A stretch of DNA of 64,000 nt from Nitrospirales bacterium (GCA_963555755.3 OY820905.2:2336001-2400000), one strand, 5' to 3'; positions 31,515 through 42,870 are shown, counted from the first letter of the stretch. A program made the numbers and translations. The notes: a model not told the origin generated them from the sequence alone.

Positions 31515-32384
31515 TCACACCCTCATGGCTTCTACCTGCGCCTGAATGGTCTCCCGACTTTCCAATAAAAGATTCATATCGTCTTCCAGGATACCAAGAT
31601 CCTGTACAACAGGGAGCACCCGAAGGGCATCATCTTCAATGGTCTCTAAACCCAGAAAGCGCGAAGCCAAATGTTTGGCAAGACAGGTGATGACGGCTCC
31701 CTTTGTGGGTGATGTTGCGAGATGGTACGCATGATCTTCATGAAGGTTAATCGCTTCCTTGACAGGGCCTGGGAGGTCCCACGCCTCTCCCAGATGCCAA
31801 CCTACTTCAATATACGCTTCTTTCATCAAGATGATCATGGCTTTCCATGGGAGCGGAGGATCAGAAATCTTTCTAAATTGATTCACCGTATGAACAACAA
31901 ACGGCTTGCCGATCCCATGCAATAACCCACAGAGAAAAGCCATATCCTGATCTTGCCCAATTTTGCTCGCAATGGCCTTCCCATAGAATCCTGTAGCCAG
32001 AGAGTGGGTCCATAAGCCTCTCACTTCACTTTCGTAATCCGCCACGTTAAACACCCCCGATTGCACAGACAAGGAAAACGCGGTTCCCGCCACGTTGTTT
32101 AATCCAAGCCATGCAATGGCCTGCTGTAAGGATTCAATGTGTCGTTGAGGCCCTAAGGCTGCCGAATTGGCGATCTGAAAAATTCTGGCCGCTAAGACAG
32201 GGTCTTGTTGAATAAGAGCGCTGAGTTGAGCCGCATTCGTGTCAGAGTCCGTGGTGAGTGAAAGCACTTGACTAGCCACCTGGGGGAGCGGCGGAAGATC
32301 AAACTCTTTTTTCTCCAGTTTCTCCAAAATAGGAAGCAAAAGTTCTTCCAACGATTCGTGAAGATCACCAGGGCAGGATTCCAT
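31515..32384 (-). CDS. HDOD-domain protein
   Basis: LPPLPQVA, QDPVLAARI..ANSA, AFLCGLLHGIGK. Confidence 0.9.
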   Translation of the reverse strand: MESCPGDLHESLEELLLPILEKLEKKEFDLPPLPQVASQVLSLTTDSDTNAAQLSALIQQDPVLAARIFQIANSAALGPQRHIESLQQAIAWLGLNNVAGTAFSLSVQSGVFNVADYESEVRGLWTHSLATGFYGKAIASKIGQDQDMAFLCGLLHGIGKPFVVHTVNQFRKISDPPLPWKAMIILMKEAYIEVGWHLGEAWDLPGPVKEAINLHEDHAYHLATSPTKGAVITCLAKHLASRFLGLETIEDDALRVLPVVQDLGILEDDMNLLLESRETIQAQVEAMRV

Positions 32385-32687
32385 CGTTGTATCTGGAAGA
32401 TACCGAGAAAAGAAAAAGCTTTTCTGGGCTTTCCGAACTGGCCTCTCTAGCTAAATACCACCAATAGGATTGATCGTTTATGGCCTGTGGTCAACAAAGT
32501 GTGTCTTCGATGGCCCAATGTAAAAATCGGAAATATGGGGAGTTTCATTAATAAGGACATAACCACTGTCAGCAGGATAACAGTCATTATTAAAGAGGAA
32601 AAGTGCCTCTAGAATATTTGCACTTAGTGCAATCTCCCTAATAATTAACCTAGACCCCAAACAGCTGAACGATGAGGACCATCTCAA

Positions 32688-32828
32688 GGGCACCTCTAAA
32701 AACCGTCCTTTTCCGTGATGGCGGCGTCAGCCGCGTGCTCACATCCTCATGTATTCGCCCATACACTCCGGTTTTCCGCGCGCGGCTTCCTTGCCCTCAC
32801 AAAAAATGCCGGGTTTGTAGAGGTGCCC
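32688..32828 (+). repeat. Family A MITE
   Basis: TSD TCAA. Confidence 0.9.
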
Positions 32829-32925
32829 TCAAGATTATTGATGATCTGGCTGCATTAACAAAAGGGAAGAAGAGAACACAATCGTACGGGAGGGTTCAAA
32901 GGTAAAGACGTGATCCTGAAGAAGG

Positions 32926-33816
32926 CTATTTGCGGCGTCTCACAATATACTGCGCAATTCCGCGCAACGGATCAGCCTTGTCATCAAAACTGCTGAGACG
33001 GCCAATGGCACGGCCGGCACATTCTTGGGCGAGTTTCTTGGCGCCCTCCAGGCCATAAAATGATGGGTAGGTTTGCTTGCCCCGTTCCGCATCGGTGTTG
33101 GCATCTTTGCCGAGTTCCTCACGCGTGCCGGTCACATTCAACACATCATCGGCAATTTGAAAGGCCAAGCCAATGTCTTCAGCATAACCCGTCAGTTGTT
33201 CAAACTGCGTTAGACTGGCGCCGGATAACAGGGCGCCGGCTCGCACCGAGGCCCGAATAAGCTTGCCGGTTTTATGCGCATGAATATTCTGCAATTCCGC
33301 GAGTTCAACCTGTTGATTCTCGGCCTGGATATCCAACACTTGCCCGCCCACCATGCCTTGATTGCCCGACCCAACCGCAAGTTCCGCTATAATTTGAATC
33401 TGCACAAATGGCTCAATATCATTGACTAAATCAGCTCGGCTGCACCATTCAAAGGCCATTGTTTGCAACCCATCGCCTGCTAAAATCGCCATCCCGTCGC
33501 CATAGACTTTATGATTGGTCGGTTTCCCACGCCGAAAATCATCGTTATCCATCGCTGGCAAATCATCATGAATCAGCGAATAGGTGTGGATAAACTCAAA
33601 GGCACAGGCCACAGGAAGCAGTGAGCCGGGAGGAGACCCAATTGCCTCGGCAGCAGCAATCGTGAGGATGGGACGAATGCGTTTTCCGCCGGCCAGTAAG
33701 CTATAGCGAATGGCTTCGTGTAACACGGCCGGTGAAGTCCCTTCTGGTGGAAGGTGGGCTTCTAGATACCGGTCAACGAGTTGCCGTTTTTCTTCGAGAT
33801 ATTTCTCAATATCCAC
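32926..33816 (-). CDS. ispA: Farnesyl/geranylgeranyl diphosphate synthase
   Basis: GGKRIRP, SLIHDDLPAMDNDDFRRG, AFQIADD. Confidence 0.93.
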   Translation of the reverse strand: MDIEKYLEEKRQLVDRYLEAHLPPEGTSPAVLHEAIRYSLLAGGKRIRPILTIAAAEAIGSPPGSLLPVACAFEFIHTYSLIHDDLPAMDNDDFRRGKPTNHKVYGDGMAILAGDGLQTMAFEWCSRADLVNDIEPFVQIQIIAELAVGSGNQGMVGGQVLDIQAENQQVELAELQNIHAHKTGKLIRASVRAGALLSGASLTQFEQLTGYAEDIGLAFQIADDVLNVTGTREELGKDANTDAERGKQTYPSFYGLEGAKKLAQECAGRAIGRLSSFDDKADPLRGIAQYIVRRRK

Positions 33817-33922
33817 GGACAGGGAAGGCCTTTCTCGGAAGATTTTTCGCGGATCGAGAAACTAACAAAGGGATGGGGGGGTGTCAAACAAAGTATAAGC
33901 GCGAACCCTTAGTGGAAAAGGA

Positions 33923-34325
33923 TTTTTTATATTGTGGGGTTTCGTCCCCGCGCGACGAGGCACTTTTGTTTCGGCAAAAGGACCCAAAACCATTTCTGCC
34001 TGTGCGTGGCTCCTCTGGAGAAACTTCGCTGCCATGCCGAATTATATGGCTCGGAAACTCGCTTTAGGGATCGTTGAAAAAGTCCGCCAGCAAGGCCGCA
34101 GGCAGCGAGAAACCCGAGGCGTACGGCGTGAGTACGTTGAGGGTTTCGAGCAACGAGAACGCCGCTGGCGGATTTTTTCAACGATCCCTTCCGCTCAAAC
34201 AGTCCTCGCCGAACAGTCGAATTCGGCATGGCAGCGAAGCCGCGCCCAACGCAGGAGATCGGAAAACGCACAAAACAACACGAGCCCACGCGTTCCGTTT
34301 GTCTTTTCGAACGGAGTGAGAAGAT
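33923..34325 (+). repeat. Family F palindromic repeat containing a family B MITE (34067-34188); ends approximate
   Basis: TTTTTTATATTGYGGGGTTTCGTCCCCGCGCGACGAG...CCAAAACCATTTCTGCCTGTGCG shared with 34876; partial copies near 41822, 45806 and 46260. Confidence 0.75.
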
Positions 34326-34419
34326 TCGCCTACCGTCCTCCAATCTTGCTAGACCAGGGTTGAAAGCGTACTCTCCCTTCAGGATAATTTGGAACCACCA
34401 TTAACCCATAAGGGGATTC

Positions 34420-34635
34420 ATGATGAAATCGGACTATACAGCCATCGTCAAGCAGGCGGGAGACTGGTGGATTGGATGGGTTGAAGAAGTACCAGGGGTC
34501 AATTGCCAGGAACCTACACGCGAGGCTCTGATGGAAAGCCTTCGGGTCACACTCCGAGAAGCATTGGAAATCAACCGACAAGAAGCCTTAGGAGCAGCAG
34601 GAACCGATTTTCATGAAGAACCACTTGCGATATAA
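34420..34635 (+). CDS. HicB-like antitoxin
   Basis: YTAIVKQAGDWWIGWVEEVPGVNCQEPTREAL. Confidence 0.85.
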   Translation: MMKSDYTAIVKQAGDWWIGWVEEVPGVNCQEPTREALMESLRVTLREALEINRQEALGAAGTDFHEEPLAI

Positions 34636-34820
34636 AACGCCAGACACTCTTGCGGCACCTCCGCGAGAACGGTTGCGAATTACTCCGTGAAGGTGCCCGA
34701 CATTCCTGGTGGCACCATCCTACCCTCAATACACGTTCTGCTATTCCCCGTCATAACGAAATACAAGACATCTTGGCCAAGAAAATTTGCAAAGACCTTG
34801 GCGTGAATCCACCTCAGTAA
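34632..34820 (+). pseudogene. HicA-family toxin with ATA at the expected ATG start (not in the ORF track)
   Basis: Translates as IKRQTLLRHLRENGCELLREGARHSWW...IPRHNEIQDILAKKICKDLG. Confidence 0.8.
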
Positions 34821-34875
34821 TCCCCTAGGCGTGACGCTTCAACGCATAGGGTTGAAAACGGGAATCCTGTTGTTG

Positions 34876-35105
34876 ATTTTTTATATTGCGGGGTTTCGTC
34901 CCCGCGCGACGAGTCCCTTTTGTTTCGGCTAAAGGGACCAAAACCATTTCTGCCTGTGCGCAGCCCTGCGGGTCCCTCCGCCTCCGCCCCGAATAAGATG
35001 GCTCGGAAACTCGCGGAGTCTATCCTGAGCCTGGTCGAAGGACTCCGACAGTCTTCGCCAAAGGGGTCGATTCGGGAAAGAAACTCCGCCGCGCCCAACG
35101 CATCC
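34876..35105 (+). repeat. Family F repeat, second copy
   Basis: Direct repeat of the 33923 copy. Confidence 0.75.
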
Positions 35106-35110
35106 CATTT

Positions 35111-35325
35111 GTCATTTCGAGTCTTACGAGAAATCTTGCGCGGTGCCGAACTACAGGGCACCTCTAAAAACCGTCCTTTTCCGTGATGGCGGCGTCAGCT
35201 GCGTGCTCAAATCCTCATGTATTCGCCCATACATTCCGGTTTTCCGCGCGCGCCTTCCTTGCCCTCACATAAAATGCCTGGTTTTTAGAGGTACCCTACA
35301 GATTTCTCCTGGGGGTCGAAATGAC
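35111..35325. repeat. GTCATTTCGAG...GAGAAATCT / AGATTTCTC...CGAAATGAC palindrome with a family A MITE (35156-35296, TSD TACA) inside; second copy about 35790-35883
   Basis: Inverted arms visible directly. Confidence 0.75.
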
Positions 35326-35555
35326 AGAAGAAAAGTGAAAAGCATCACACCAGTTTGGTGGGGGGCGCGTGAACCGGAATACTTTGAAAATTTAAAAAAT
35401 GGATTTTTCTTACGCCGCGCGGGGCGACACCCCGCATAATAAAAACTATCCCAACCCTGAACCACACAACTCTGAACTCGTGAGACCATTCAAGCTGCCT
35501 TTGGACAGGAAATCCTATGGTTATATTTTGCACGTGTTTTGCTACAATAGATGGT

Positions 35556-35741
35556 ATGGTAGAAAAGGTTGTCAGAAAAGTTCCTCTGAACCAATCTTCG
35601 ATTAGGGAAGACCTTGCCTTCTGGTTAGGGAAGGTTCCAGAGGAACGTCTTGCGGCTATTGAGCGGCTAAGAAAACAAATCGATGGAAGCACAGTCAGAC
35701 TTCAAAGAGTTGCTCGCGTTATTCAACGCCCATCAGGTTGA
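35556..35741 (+). CDS. Small protein of the type found upstream of minimal nucleotidyltransferases
   Basis: DLAFWL...PEERLAAIERLR; TGnTACAAT 7 nt upstream. Confidence 0.6.
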   Translation: MVEKVVRKVPLNQSSIREDLAFWLGKVPEERLAAIERLRKQIDGSTVRLQRVARVIQRPSG

Positions 35742-35765
35742 GTACATGATTGTGGGGGCTGGCTC
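35683..35765 (+). pseudogene. 5' fragment of a nucleotidyltransferase
   Basis: DFKELLALFNAHQVEYMIVGA, then runs into a palindromic repeat. Confidence 0.6.
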
Positions 35766-36005
35766 AGCCACACCCAAGTCGTTTCTTCCGTCATTTCGAG
35801 CGAAGGGAGAAATCTATTCTTCGGTGGGGAATATGTTGGCTGGTGTGAGAAAAGACGAGATTTCTCTCAAGGGTCGAAATGACAACAGGAGAAAATTGGA
35901 GTCCCGCTTTCGTAGGAATGACAGGTCAAAAGCCGCAAAGACCTCAGAACGGCCATTTGGCCTCAATTTGTAATTCCCCCAACCCTCCCGCTATACTCCC
36001 GCCCC

Positions 36006-36254
36006 ATGAGTATTCGCCGGGCTGGAGGAGAGTGGGAACCCCTATTGTTGGGCATTGAGCCTGAACATTGCGGGGTGTGCGATCAAGGGCTGTACCGGAA
36101 CACCACCCTGCTCAAAGGGGGCTGGGAACGGTGTTCCCTTTGCGGCAGGTTCGTGCACTATGCCTGTCTCGCAAGCGGGAAGGTTAAATTTTTGAAACGC
36201 CGCCCGCGCGTATGTCTCACCTGCGACCAGTCATCTGATCAACCAACCGGTTGA
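36006..36254 (+). CDS. Small Cys/His zinc-finger protein
   Basis: CGVC...CSLC...HYAC...CLTC. Confidence 0.6.
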   Translation: MSIRRAGGEWEPLLLGIEPEHCGVCDQGLYRNTTLLKGGWERCSLCGRFVHYACLASGKVKFLKRRPRVCLTCDQSSDQPTG

Positions 36255-36291
36255 TCAACAAGCCGGAGACCCCATCGTGTCATGAACGCCT

Positions 36292-36610
36292 CTAGGAGCC
36301 TTTCCCAGATTAGCGATCGTAGCGAGGAGGTGCTGGTTTGAGTCAGATGTTTCGATCGTTTGAGGCGAATAGTGGGACTATTCAACGAAAACGGGAAATG
36401 TTCAAAAAGCATGCCCTCGCGGAGGCGGGGGGCCGTCCAGCAAGGCCGCAGGGCTTTTGGCGCGCGGAGCGTACACGGAGTACGTGAGCACGCCAAAAGC
36501 CCGAGAACGCAGCTGGCGGCCTTTTTCAACATTCCCCGAAAAGGATCGGAAGATCTGGCCACACCCAGCACATCCGCAGTAGATTCGGCTAATCTGGGAC
36601 AGGCTCCTAG
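36292..36610 (-). repeat. Composite family D MITE containing family B (36392-36537)
   Basis: CTAGGAGCC...GGCTCCTAG; B flanked by GAAAA TSD. Confidence 0.88.
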
Positions 36611-36653
36611 CCCTCCAATTTCAGAAAAAGGCAACCGCTTGCCCCTGTCGGCG

Positions 36654-36929
36654 ATGCTCCAGCTAGTCCTGGCCGTTCTCTTATTGACCTGGAGTGGGTT
36701 TTTCACGATGGATTTTTTACTCAGTGGCGTGTTCACCTTTCCTCGAACGAGTCGGGCCTTCACCCTGACGTTTGCGGTGATCATCCTATCCTATGAATTC
36801 ATTTATGAAGAACACCGCACGCGATATTCATCGATAACCGGTATCCCTCCACTGAAAGTCATCTTGTATTCCTGCATGATTCCATATATGGTCGGGAGCT
36901 TGGCGCTGCTGATACTAGCCCTAAGCTAA
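36654..36929 (+). CDS. Small membrane protein; start uncertain
   Basis: Three hydrophobic segments downstream of the repeat. Confidence 0.55.
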   Translation: MLQLVLAVLLLTWSGFFTMDFLLSGVFTFPRTSRAFTLTFAVIILSYEFIYEEHRTRYSSITGIPPLKVILYSCMIPYMVGSLALLILALS

Positions 36930-36971
36930 CGTCGTAGGCCCACATCTGATTCGCACAAAGGAGGCGTGAAC

Positions 36972-37148
36972 ATGAAGAACGTAGAACTGTCCGTGGAAGG
37001 CACGATGCTGACCATCAAAGTCGATCTGTCGAAGGATTTTGGGCCATCTTCATCTGGCAAGACGACCATCATCGCGTCAACAGAGGGAAATGTGAATCTT
37101 CCGGATCGGGAAGAAAAAATCGGCTTGAATATTTACAAGAAGAAGTAG
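36972..37148 (+). CDS. Small conserved hypothetical protein
   Basis: AAAGGAGG RBS; GPSSSGKTTIIASTEGN. Confidence 0.75.
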   Translation: MKNVELSVEGTMLTIKVDLSKDFGPSSSGKTTIIASTEGNVNLPDREEKIGLNIYKKK

Positions 37149-37155
37149 CGGGCTT

Positions 37156-39663
37156 TCACGCGACCTGATATTCCCTGAGCACTTGTGCGGTCCAGGATTG
37201 CCCGGATTGAATCAAATCGGCAGGTGATCCCACTTCGACCAACTCGCCACCGCCATCCCCTCCCTCAGGCCCGAGGTCAAGAATCCAATCTGCATTCCGA
37301 ATCACATCCAAATTATGCTCGATGACCAAGACCGTATTGCCGGTCTCGACCAGATGATCCAGCACATCCAACAACCGTTGCACATCGGCAAAATGGAGCC
37401 CGGTGGTGGGCTCATCCAAAATGTACATAGTGCGCCCGGTAGCCCGCTTCGACAATTCTCGTGACAGTTTCACCCGCTGTGCCTCGCCGCCTGATAAAGT
37501 CGTGGCGGATTGCCCGAGCTTAATATAGTGCAACCCCACTTCGGCTAAAGTCTGAAGTTTGGTTTTAATCGGTGGAATGTGCTCGAAAAATTCTAACGCT
37601 TCGGCGATCGTCAGATCCAACACCTGTGCGATATTTTTCCCCTTGTGTTTCACATCGAGCGTCTCTCGATTATAACGCTGCCCTTTGCACACCTCGCAGG
37701 TCACATACACATCGGGAAGGAAGTGCATTTCGATTTTGATCAAGCCACCGCCCTGGCAGGCCTCGCATCGCCCGCCTTTGACATTGAAACTATACCGACC
37801 GGGTTTGTAGCCTCGCACGCGCGATTCGGGCAAACCCGCAAACAGGTCTCGAATAAACGTAAACAGGCCTGTGTACGTCGCGGGATTCGAGCGTGGCGTT
37901 CGGCCAATCGGCGATTGATCAATATCGATTACCTTATCGAGCGCCTCCGCGCCCTTGATAGCTTGACACCCTTCGATCTTGGGTATCTTCTGATACAACA
38001 GTTGCGACAACGACGGGAACAAGACCTCTAAGACCAACGTGCTTTTACCGGAGCCCGACACCCCGGTGATACACGTCAACAACCCCAGAGGGATCTTGGC
38101 GGTCAGCATTTTTAAATTGTGTTTGTTCGCCTTCTCGACAATCAAAAACCCACTGGGCTCCCTTGTCCGGGGGGGCAAGATCACCTCGCGTGCCCGTCGA
38201 AGGTACTGACCGGTTAACGACTCTGGGTTCCGGATGACCTCGGCCGGCGTACCTTGAGCCACAACATATCCACCATGGATTCCCGCACCAGGCCCCATAT
38301 CCACGAGGTGATCCGCGGCCAAAATGGTCTCGGCATCATGCTCGACAACCACAACCGTGTTCCCCATATCGCGGAGCCGAAGCAGGGTTTGCAGCAACCG
38401 GCGATTATCCCGTTGATGCAGGCCAATACTCGGCTCATCCAAAATGTACAACACGCCCACGAGGCCCGACCCGATTTGCGTGGCCAACCGAATCCGTTGA
38501 CCTTCCCCTCCTGAAAGAGTCGCGGCTGCCCGATCTAACGTCAGATAGTCCAACCCCACATTCAGCAAAAATTCCAACCGTTCACGAATCTCTTTGAGAA
38601 TACGTTGTCCGATGAGTCGTTCCCGCTCAGTCAACTCCAGCAATTCAAAGAACCCAGCGGCATCACGAATGGAAAACTTCGTGAGGTCGGCAATGGACTT
38701 GGCCCCAACCTTGACCGCAAGACTCTCGGATTTCAGGCGAGCACCTTGGCATCCCGGGCACGTATTGTCCTCGGAATAATTCTGACCCTCCGGACATCCG
38801 GACACTATAAACCCAATGCCATCACACGACGGGCAAGCCCCGTGAGGGCTATTAAAGGAAAACACGCGTGGGGTGATTTCGGGATAGCTCACCCCACAGG
38901 TGATACAGGCCAGCTTTTCGCTGTAGAGCGCTAGGGCACCATCGTCGGTGAGAATCCCGACCAATCCCTGAGCCAGCTTTAACGCGGTATCGACGGAATC
39001 GGCTAACCGGCGCCGCAACGATTCCTCTTCTTTCATCATAAGGCGATCGACAATAATCTCAATGGTATGCTTGCGTTGCTTTTCCAGCGAGATAGTCTCA
39101 CCGAGATCAAAGATCTTGCCATCCACACGGGCACGAACAAATCCCGCACGACGCGCGGCCAACAGTTCTTTTCGGTATTCGCCTTTCCGCCCGCGCACAA
39201 TCGGCGCTAACACCTGAAACTTCGCCCCGACGGGAAGCCTTTGAATAGCATCGACCATTTGCTGGACCGTTTGCGCGGTAATCGGCTCACCGCAACTGAC
39301 ACAAGAGGGCCGTCCGACTCGGGCAAAGAGCAAGCGCAGATAGTCGTAAATTTCCGTGACCGTGCCAACGGTTGACCGCGGATTATGGCTGGTACTTTTT
39401 TGTTCGATGGAAATGGCCGGAGATAGCCCCTCAATGGAATCCACATCGGGCTTGCCCATTTGTTCCAGAAACTGGCGCGCGTAAGCAGACAACGACTCGA
39501 CATATCGCCGCTGACCTTCGGCATAGATGGTGTCAAACGCGAGGGAGGACTTCCCCGACCCGCTAAGACCCGTAATCACCACCAGTTGATCACGCGGGAT
39601 CACGACATCAAGATTCTTCAGATTGTGCTCGCGGGCGCCTTTAATGTGGATGACTTGGTTCAT
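37156..39663 (-). CDS. uvrA: Excinuclease ABC subunit A (short form)
   Basis: [50 protein letters not shown]. Confidence 0.96.
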   Translation of the reverse strand: MNQVIHIKGAREHNLKNLDVVIPRDQLVVITGLSGSGKSSLAFDTIYAEGQRRYVESLSAYARQFLEQMGKPDVDSIEGLSPAISIEQKSTSHNPRSTVGTVTEIYDYLRLLFARVGRPSCVSCGEPITAQTVQQMVDAIQRLPVGAKFQVLAPIVRGRKGEYRKELLAARRAGFVRARVDGKIFDLGETISLEKQRKHTIEIIVDRLMMKEEESLRRRLADSVDTALKLAQGLVGILTDDGALALYSEKLACITCGVSYPEITPRVFSFNSPHGACPSCDGIGFIVSGCPEGQNYSEDNTCPGCQGARLKSESLAVKVGAKSIADLTKFSIRDAAGFFELLELTERERLIGQRILKEIRERLEFLLNVGLDYLTLDRAAATLSGGEGQRIRLATQIGSGLVGVLYILDEPSIGLHQRDNRRLLQTLLRLRDMGNTVVVVEHDAETILAADHLVDMGPGAGIHGGYVVAQGTPAEVIRNPESLTGQYLRRAREVILPPRTREPSGFLIVEKANKHNLKMLTAKIPLGLLTCITGVSGSGKSTLVLEVLFPSLSQLLYQKIPKIEGCQAIKGAEALDKVIDIDQSPIGRTPRSNPATYTGLFTFIRDLFAGLPESRVRGYKPGRYSFNVKGGRCEACQGGGLIKIEMHFLPDVYVTCEVCKGQRYNRETLDVKHKGKNIAQVLDLTIAEALEFFEHIPPIKTKLQTLAEVGLHYIKLGQSATTLSGGEAQRVKLSRELSKRATGRTMYILDEPTTGLHFADVQRLLDVLDHLVETGNTVLVIEHNLDVIRNADWILDLGPEGGDGGGELVEVGSPADLIQSGQSWTAQVLREYQVA

Positions 39664-39835
39664 TTGGATGTGTAGCTTTCTGCGTTTCAACCAGCGAGAA
39701 TATCGCAAAGGACACGCCGCCGCAATTTGATTATGGAAAACCCCTCAGTTACAATCAGCACAGAAGGCATTTTTCTACAAATCCAGCCCCCCCGGCAACG
39801 ATGACACGTCAATAGACCTTGTGAAGGAGGTTTTC

Positions 39836-40393
39836 ATGCGCATCAAGGCCCTTATGGCATTGAGTTTAACCCTGGCACTTTTTCTACCACTCGCGGTCAC
39901 AGATGCCATGGCCAAAAAATACGAATTGACCCGAAATAGCGTCTCCAAACCCGAAGAGGTGGATTACAAAGACATCTCGTTATATCGCGTCAAATTGGGT
40001 GATTCAGAAATAGACGCCCACGAGAGGCTCATGAACCATAAAATTCCTGGGATTCGGGTTGAGGAAGTTGGTCGATTTATCACCATGTGGGATCAACACA
40101 ATCCCACCGCGGTCATGGCTGGCGTCCAGATTACCGATGGCAAAGTGGACCTGATCTTCATCAACAACCGGTTCTCTCACAAAACACGCGGCATTTTTCG
40201 TCGGGTTCTCACCAGCGAAACCGTCAAAGAAATCCGCGACCTCATGGGCCCTGAAGAATACGGGGAAGAAAATCTCATGGGTGCACGGCTGTGTTTCGAG
40301 AAGCAAGGGTTTATCATTAGCCACCTGGGCCGTGACGTCAATGTCCTCTTCACCGTACCGGGGGCGATTTCCCAAGAGTGCTACACGTTTTAA
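39836..40393 (+). CDS. Secreted hypothetical protein
   Basis: AAGGAGG RBS; signal peptide ending AMA. Confidence 0.75.
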   Translation: MRIKALMALSLTLALFLPLAVTDAMAKKYELTRNSVSKPEEVDYKDISLYRVKLGDSEIDAHERLMNHKIPGIRVEEVGRFITMWDQHNPTAVMAGVQITDGKVDLIFINNRFSHKTRGIFRRVLTSETVKEIRDLMGPEEYGEENLMGARLCFEKQGFIISHLGRDVNVLFTVPGAISQECYTF

Positions 40394-40489
40394 TTCTGTC
40401 ACGTCGAAGGGGTTGGGCTGGCCACGAAACCCTGCCCTTTCCTCTATCCTAAAACCTCAGTAGGCGTCGCCCCTCATTTCACGCATGCC

Positions 40490-41494
40490 ATGGAAGACCG
40501 CTTGGTCGCCGATCATCCCCTAGACGAAGAGCAAAACAGCGAAGGCTCTCTTCGTCCACAAACCCTTGACGAATACATTGGCCAAGAGCGGATGAAAGAA
40601 TCCCTCAGGGTCTGCATCGAAGCCGCCATACGACGCGTCGAACCCTTAGACCACGCCATTTTTTACGGACCTCCTGGGCTCGGCAAAACCACCATCGCGC
40701 ATATCATCGCCAAAGAAATGGGCGGGACGATTAGACCAACATCGGGACTCGTGCTCAACCATGCCGGAGATCTTGCGGCCATTCTCACCAACTTGCAAAT
40801 GCACGATGTCCTCTTCATCGATGAGATCCATCGCCTGCCGCCAAGCGTCGAAGAAGCCCTCTATCCGGCCATGGAAGATTTTCAAATCGATCTCGTGATT
40901 GGACAGGGACCGGCCACCCGAACCATGAAACTCGACTTGCCCCCATTCACCTTAGTCGGAGCCACCACCAAAGCTGGGTCACTGACCTCACCGCTTCGTG
41001 AACGATTCGGGCTGGTCTATCGGCTTGATTTTTATACGCCGGAAGAGTTGGACATCATCGTCAATCGCTCGGCAGGGCTTTTAAATATTGCGATTGAACC
41101 TGGCGGAGCGACCGAGATCGGTCAACGCGCCCGTGGCACCCCACGCATTGCCAACCGGCTCCTCAGACGAGTGAGGGATTTCGCAGAAGTCAAAGCCGAT
41201 GGTGTGATCACGCACAAAGTAGCGAAGGATGCACTACAATGGCTCGGCGTGGATAGCGCAGGCTTCGACGAGATGGATCGCAAAATCCTGCTCACAATTC
41301 TGGATAAATTCAACGGCGGCCCAGTCGGCGTCGAAGCCCTCGCCGCCGCCGTGCAAGAAGAAAAAGCCACACTCGAAGACGTGTACGAACCCTTCCTCCT
41401 CCAATCCGGCTACCTCGACCGCACCGCCCGCGGCCGCCAAGTGACAGCCAAGGCGTTTCAGCACTTCGGCAAAACCAAAGATTTGTTTGGGTAA
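40490..41494 (+). CDS. ruvB: Holliday junction branch migration helicase
   Basis: [45 protein letters not shown]. Confidence 0.97.
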   Translation: MEDRLVADHPLDEEQNSEGSLRPQTLDEYIGQERMKESLRVCIEAAIRRVEPLDHAIFYGPPGLGKTTIAHIIAKEMGGTIRPTSGLVLNHAGDLAAILTNLQMHDVLFIDEIHRLPPSVEEALYPAMEDFQIDLVIGQGPATRTMKLDLPPFTLVGATTKAGSLTSPLRERFGLVYRLDFYTPEELDIIVNRSAGLLNIAIEPGGATEIGQRARGTPRIANRLLRRVRDFAEVKADGVITHKVAKDALQWLGVDSAGFDEMDRKILLTILDKFNGGPVGVEALAAAVQEEKATLEDVYEPFLLQSGYLDRTARGRQVTAKAFQHFGKTKDLFG

Positions 41495-41583
41495 GGGTCG
41501 GCTTTTTTTCAATTTTCCCTCGCCCCTGAGGGGAGAGGGTAGGGTGAGGGGTTTCTTCTCTGCACTTGGTTCAATCATGTTAA

Positions 41584-41642
41584 GGGTACCTCTAAAAACC
41601 AGGCATGTTATGTGAGGGCAAGGACGGTTTTTAGAGGTGCCC
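41584..41642 (-). repeat. Internally deleted family A MITE (59 bp)
   Basis: Both TIRs and a TTAA TSD; join at AAGGA microhomology. Confidence 0.85.
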
Positions 41643-41646
41643 TTAA

Positions 41647-41811
41647 ACCTAGAAACAGCAATTGGATCACAAAAGTCCGCGCAAGCTCTTGGCGCACCTG
41701 ATAAAATACAAAAATGTCTTATCACCACCGAGGTGACTACGACTTTTTGTATTTCACCATGCACACCAATATCTTACACGGCTTTTTTGCGCCCAACTGC
41801 CGTTTCTAGGT
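41647..41811 (+). repeat. Family H MITE
   Basis: TIR ACCTAGAAACRGCARTTGG; TAA flanks; remnants at 2462, 28486-28752 and 55841. Confidence 0.8.
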
Positions 41812-42046
41812 TAAATTAAATGCGTGTTTTCGCCCCCGCACGACGAGGGCCTTTTGTTTCGGCAAAAGGACTCAAAACCATTTGACGAGTTTCACCGCTG
41901 TCTTACGTGACGTATAGGGGCGTGGCACGAACATCCTAGGCCGGGAGGAGCCTTCAGGCTCCCCCGGCTTTTGCTTGTAGCCGGTTTGGACAGAGAAAAA
42001 GGGGACAGATATATTCTTTGGCTCGTTTCTGCTATCCTGCGGTGCT

Positions 42047-42704
42047 ATGCCCCGTACCGCCCGAATCATTCTCCCGAACGTCCCGCATCATGTGATTCAC
42101 CGGAGGCATAATCCGCAGATGGTGTTTGCAGGTGACGACGGTTATCAGTACTCCCTCAATAATCTGTGGGAATGGAAAGCGAAACTGGGCTGTTGTGTCT
42201 ACGCCTACTGTTTGATGACCAACCACGTGCACCTCGTCGTGGATCCTGGGCGAAAACCCACGCGCTTAAGCTGACGCATGAAACCTGTGGCCGGACGGCC
42301 AACGAGGTATGTGACTGCCCTCGAACACCGCAATGGGACCTTGTGGGAAGGGCAGTTTCAATCGAGTCCGATTCAACGAGATGCCTATCTTTTTGCCTGT
42401 TGCCGCTCTATTGAACTCAATCCGGTGCGGGCGTGCTTGGTGGCGTCGCCGCGGGACTACCGCTGGTAGAGTTTCGGAGCAAGGCAGAGTAGGAGGCACA
42501 GAGCCGAGTGGCTCTGGACGAGGGATATTGTAGCTTGGGCGCGACGCCGCAGGAGCGGACGACGCGCTACCGGACGTGGGTTCGGGAAGCCATCTCGGAG
42601 GGGGAATGGGAGGACATGCAGCCACAGGCCATTAACCGGGGGCAAGGAATGGGCAGGGATCGGTTTGTGGGGGAAGTGGCAAAAAAGATAGGCCGGCGGA
42701 TAGA
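42047..42704 (+). pseudogene. REP-associated (RAYT-like) Y1 tyrosine transposase, disrupted
   Basis: MPRTARI..PHHVIHR, AYCLMTNHVHL (HUH), GTLWEGQF, IELNPVRA, PRDYRW; in-frame stops and a frameshift. Confidence 0.85.
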
Positions 42705-42865
42705 GCGCAGGCTCTCGCGGTACGTCAGCGGGGCGAACGCCATCACGAGATATTGGTCGAGACACCGGAACTGCTTGACATACCGTTCGCCTTGATAGCG
42801 AGCCACATACCTCCTGAAGGTATGGAGTGGCAGGTAATCCATGACCTGCGAAAAACGAGGTTGTC
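42705..42865 (-). pseudogene. N-terminal fragment of an IS4-family (DUF4372) transposase
   Basis: FSQVMDYLPLHTFRRYVARYQG..VKQFRCLDQYLVMAF..LTYRESLR. Confidence 0.75.
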
Positions 42866-42870
42866 TATAT

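Noticed and set aside
33732..34363. Short ORFs in repeats, here and at 2131, 4040, 18305, 28412, 36239, 42948, 45298 and 53503
   Set aside because: Translations of palindromic repeats (MLKKAASGVL-, RARITSP-type peptides)
41515..41550. CCCTCGCCCCTGAGGGGAGAGGG hairpin (also about 45716-45741) as a novel element
   Set aside because: Widespread short intergenic palindrome type with no associated gene here
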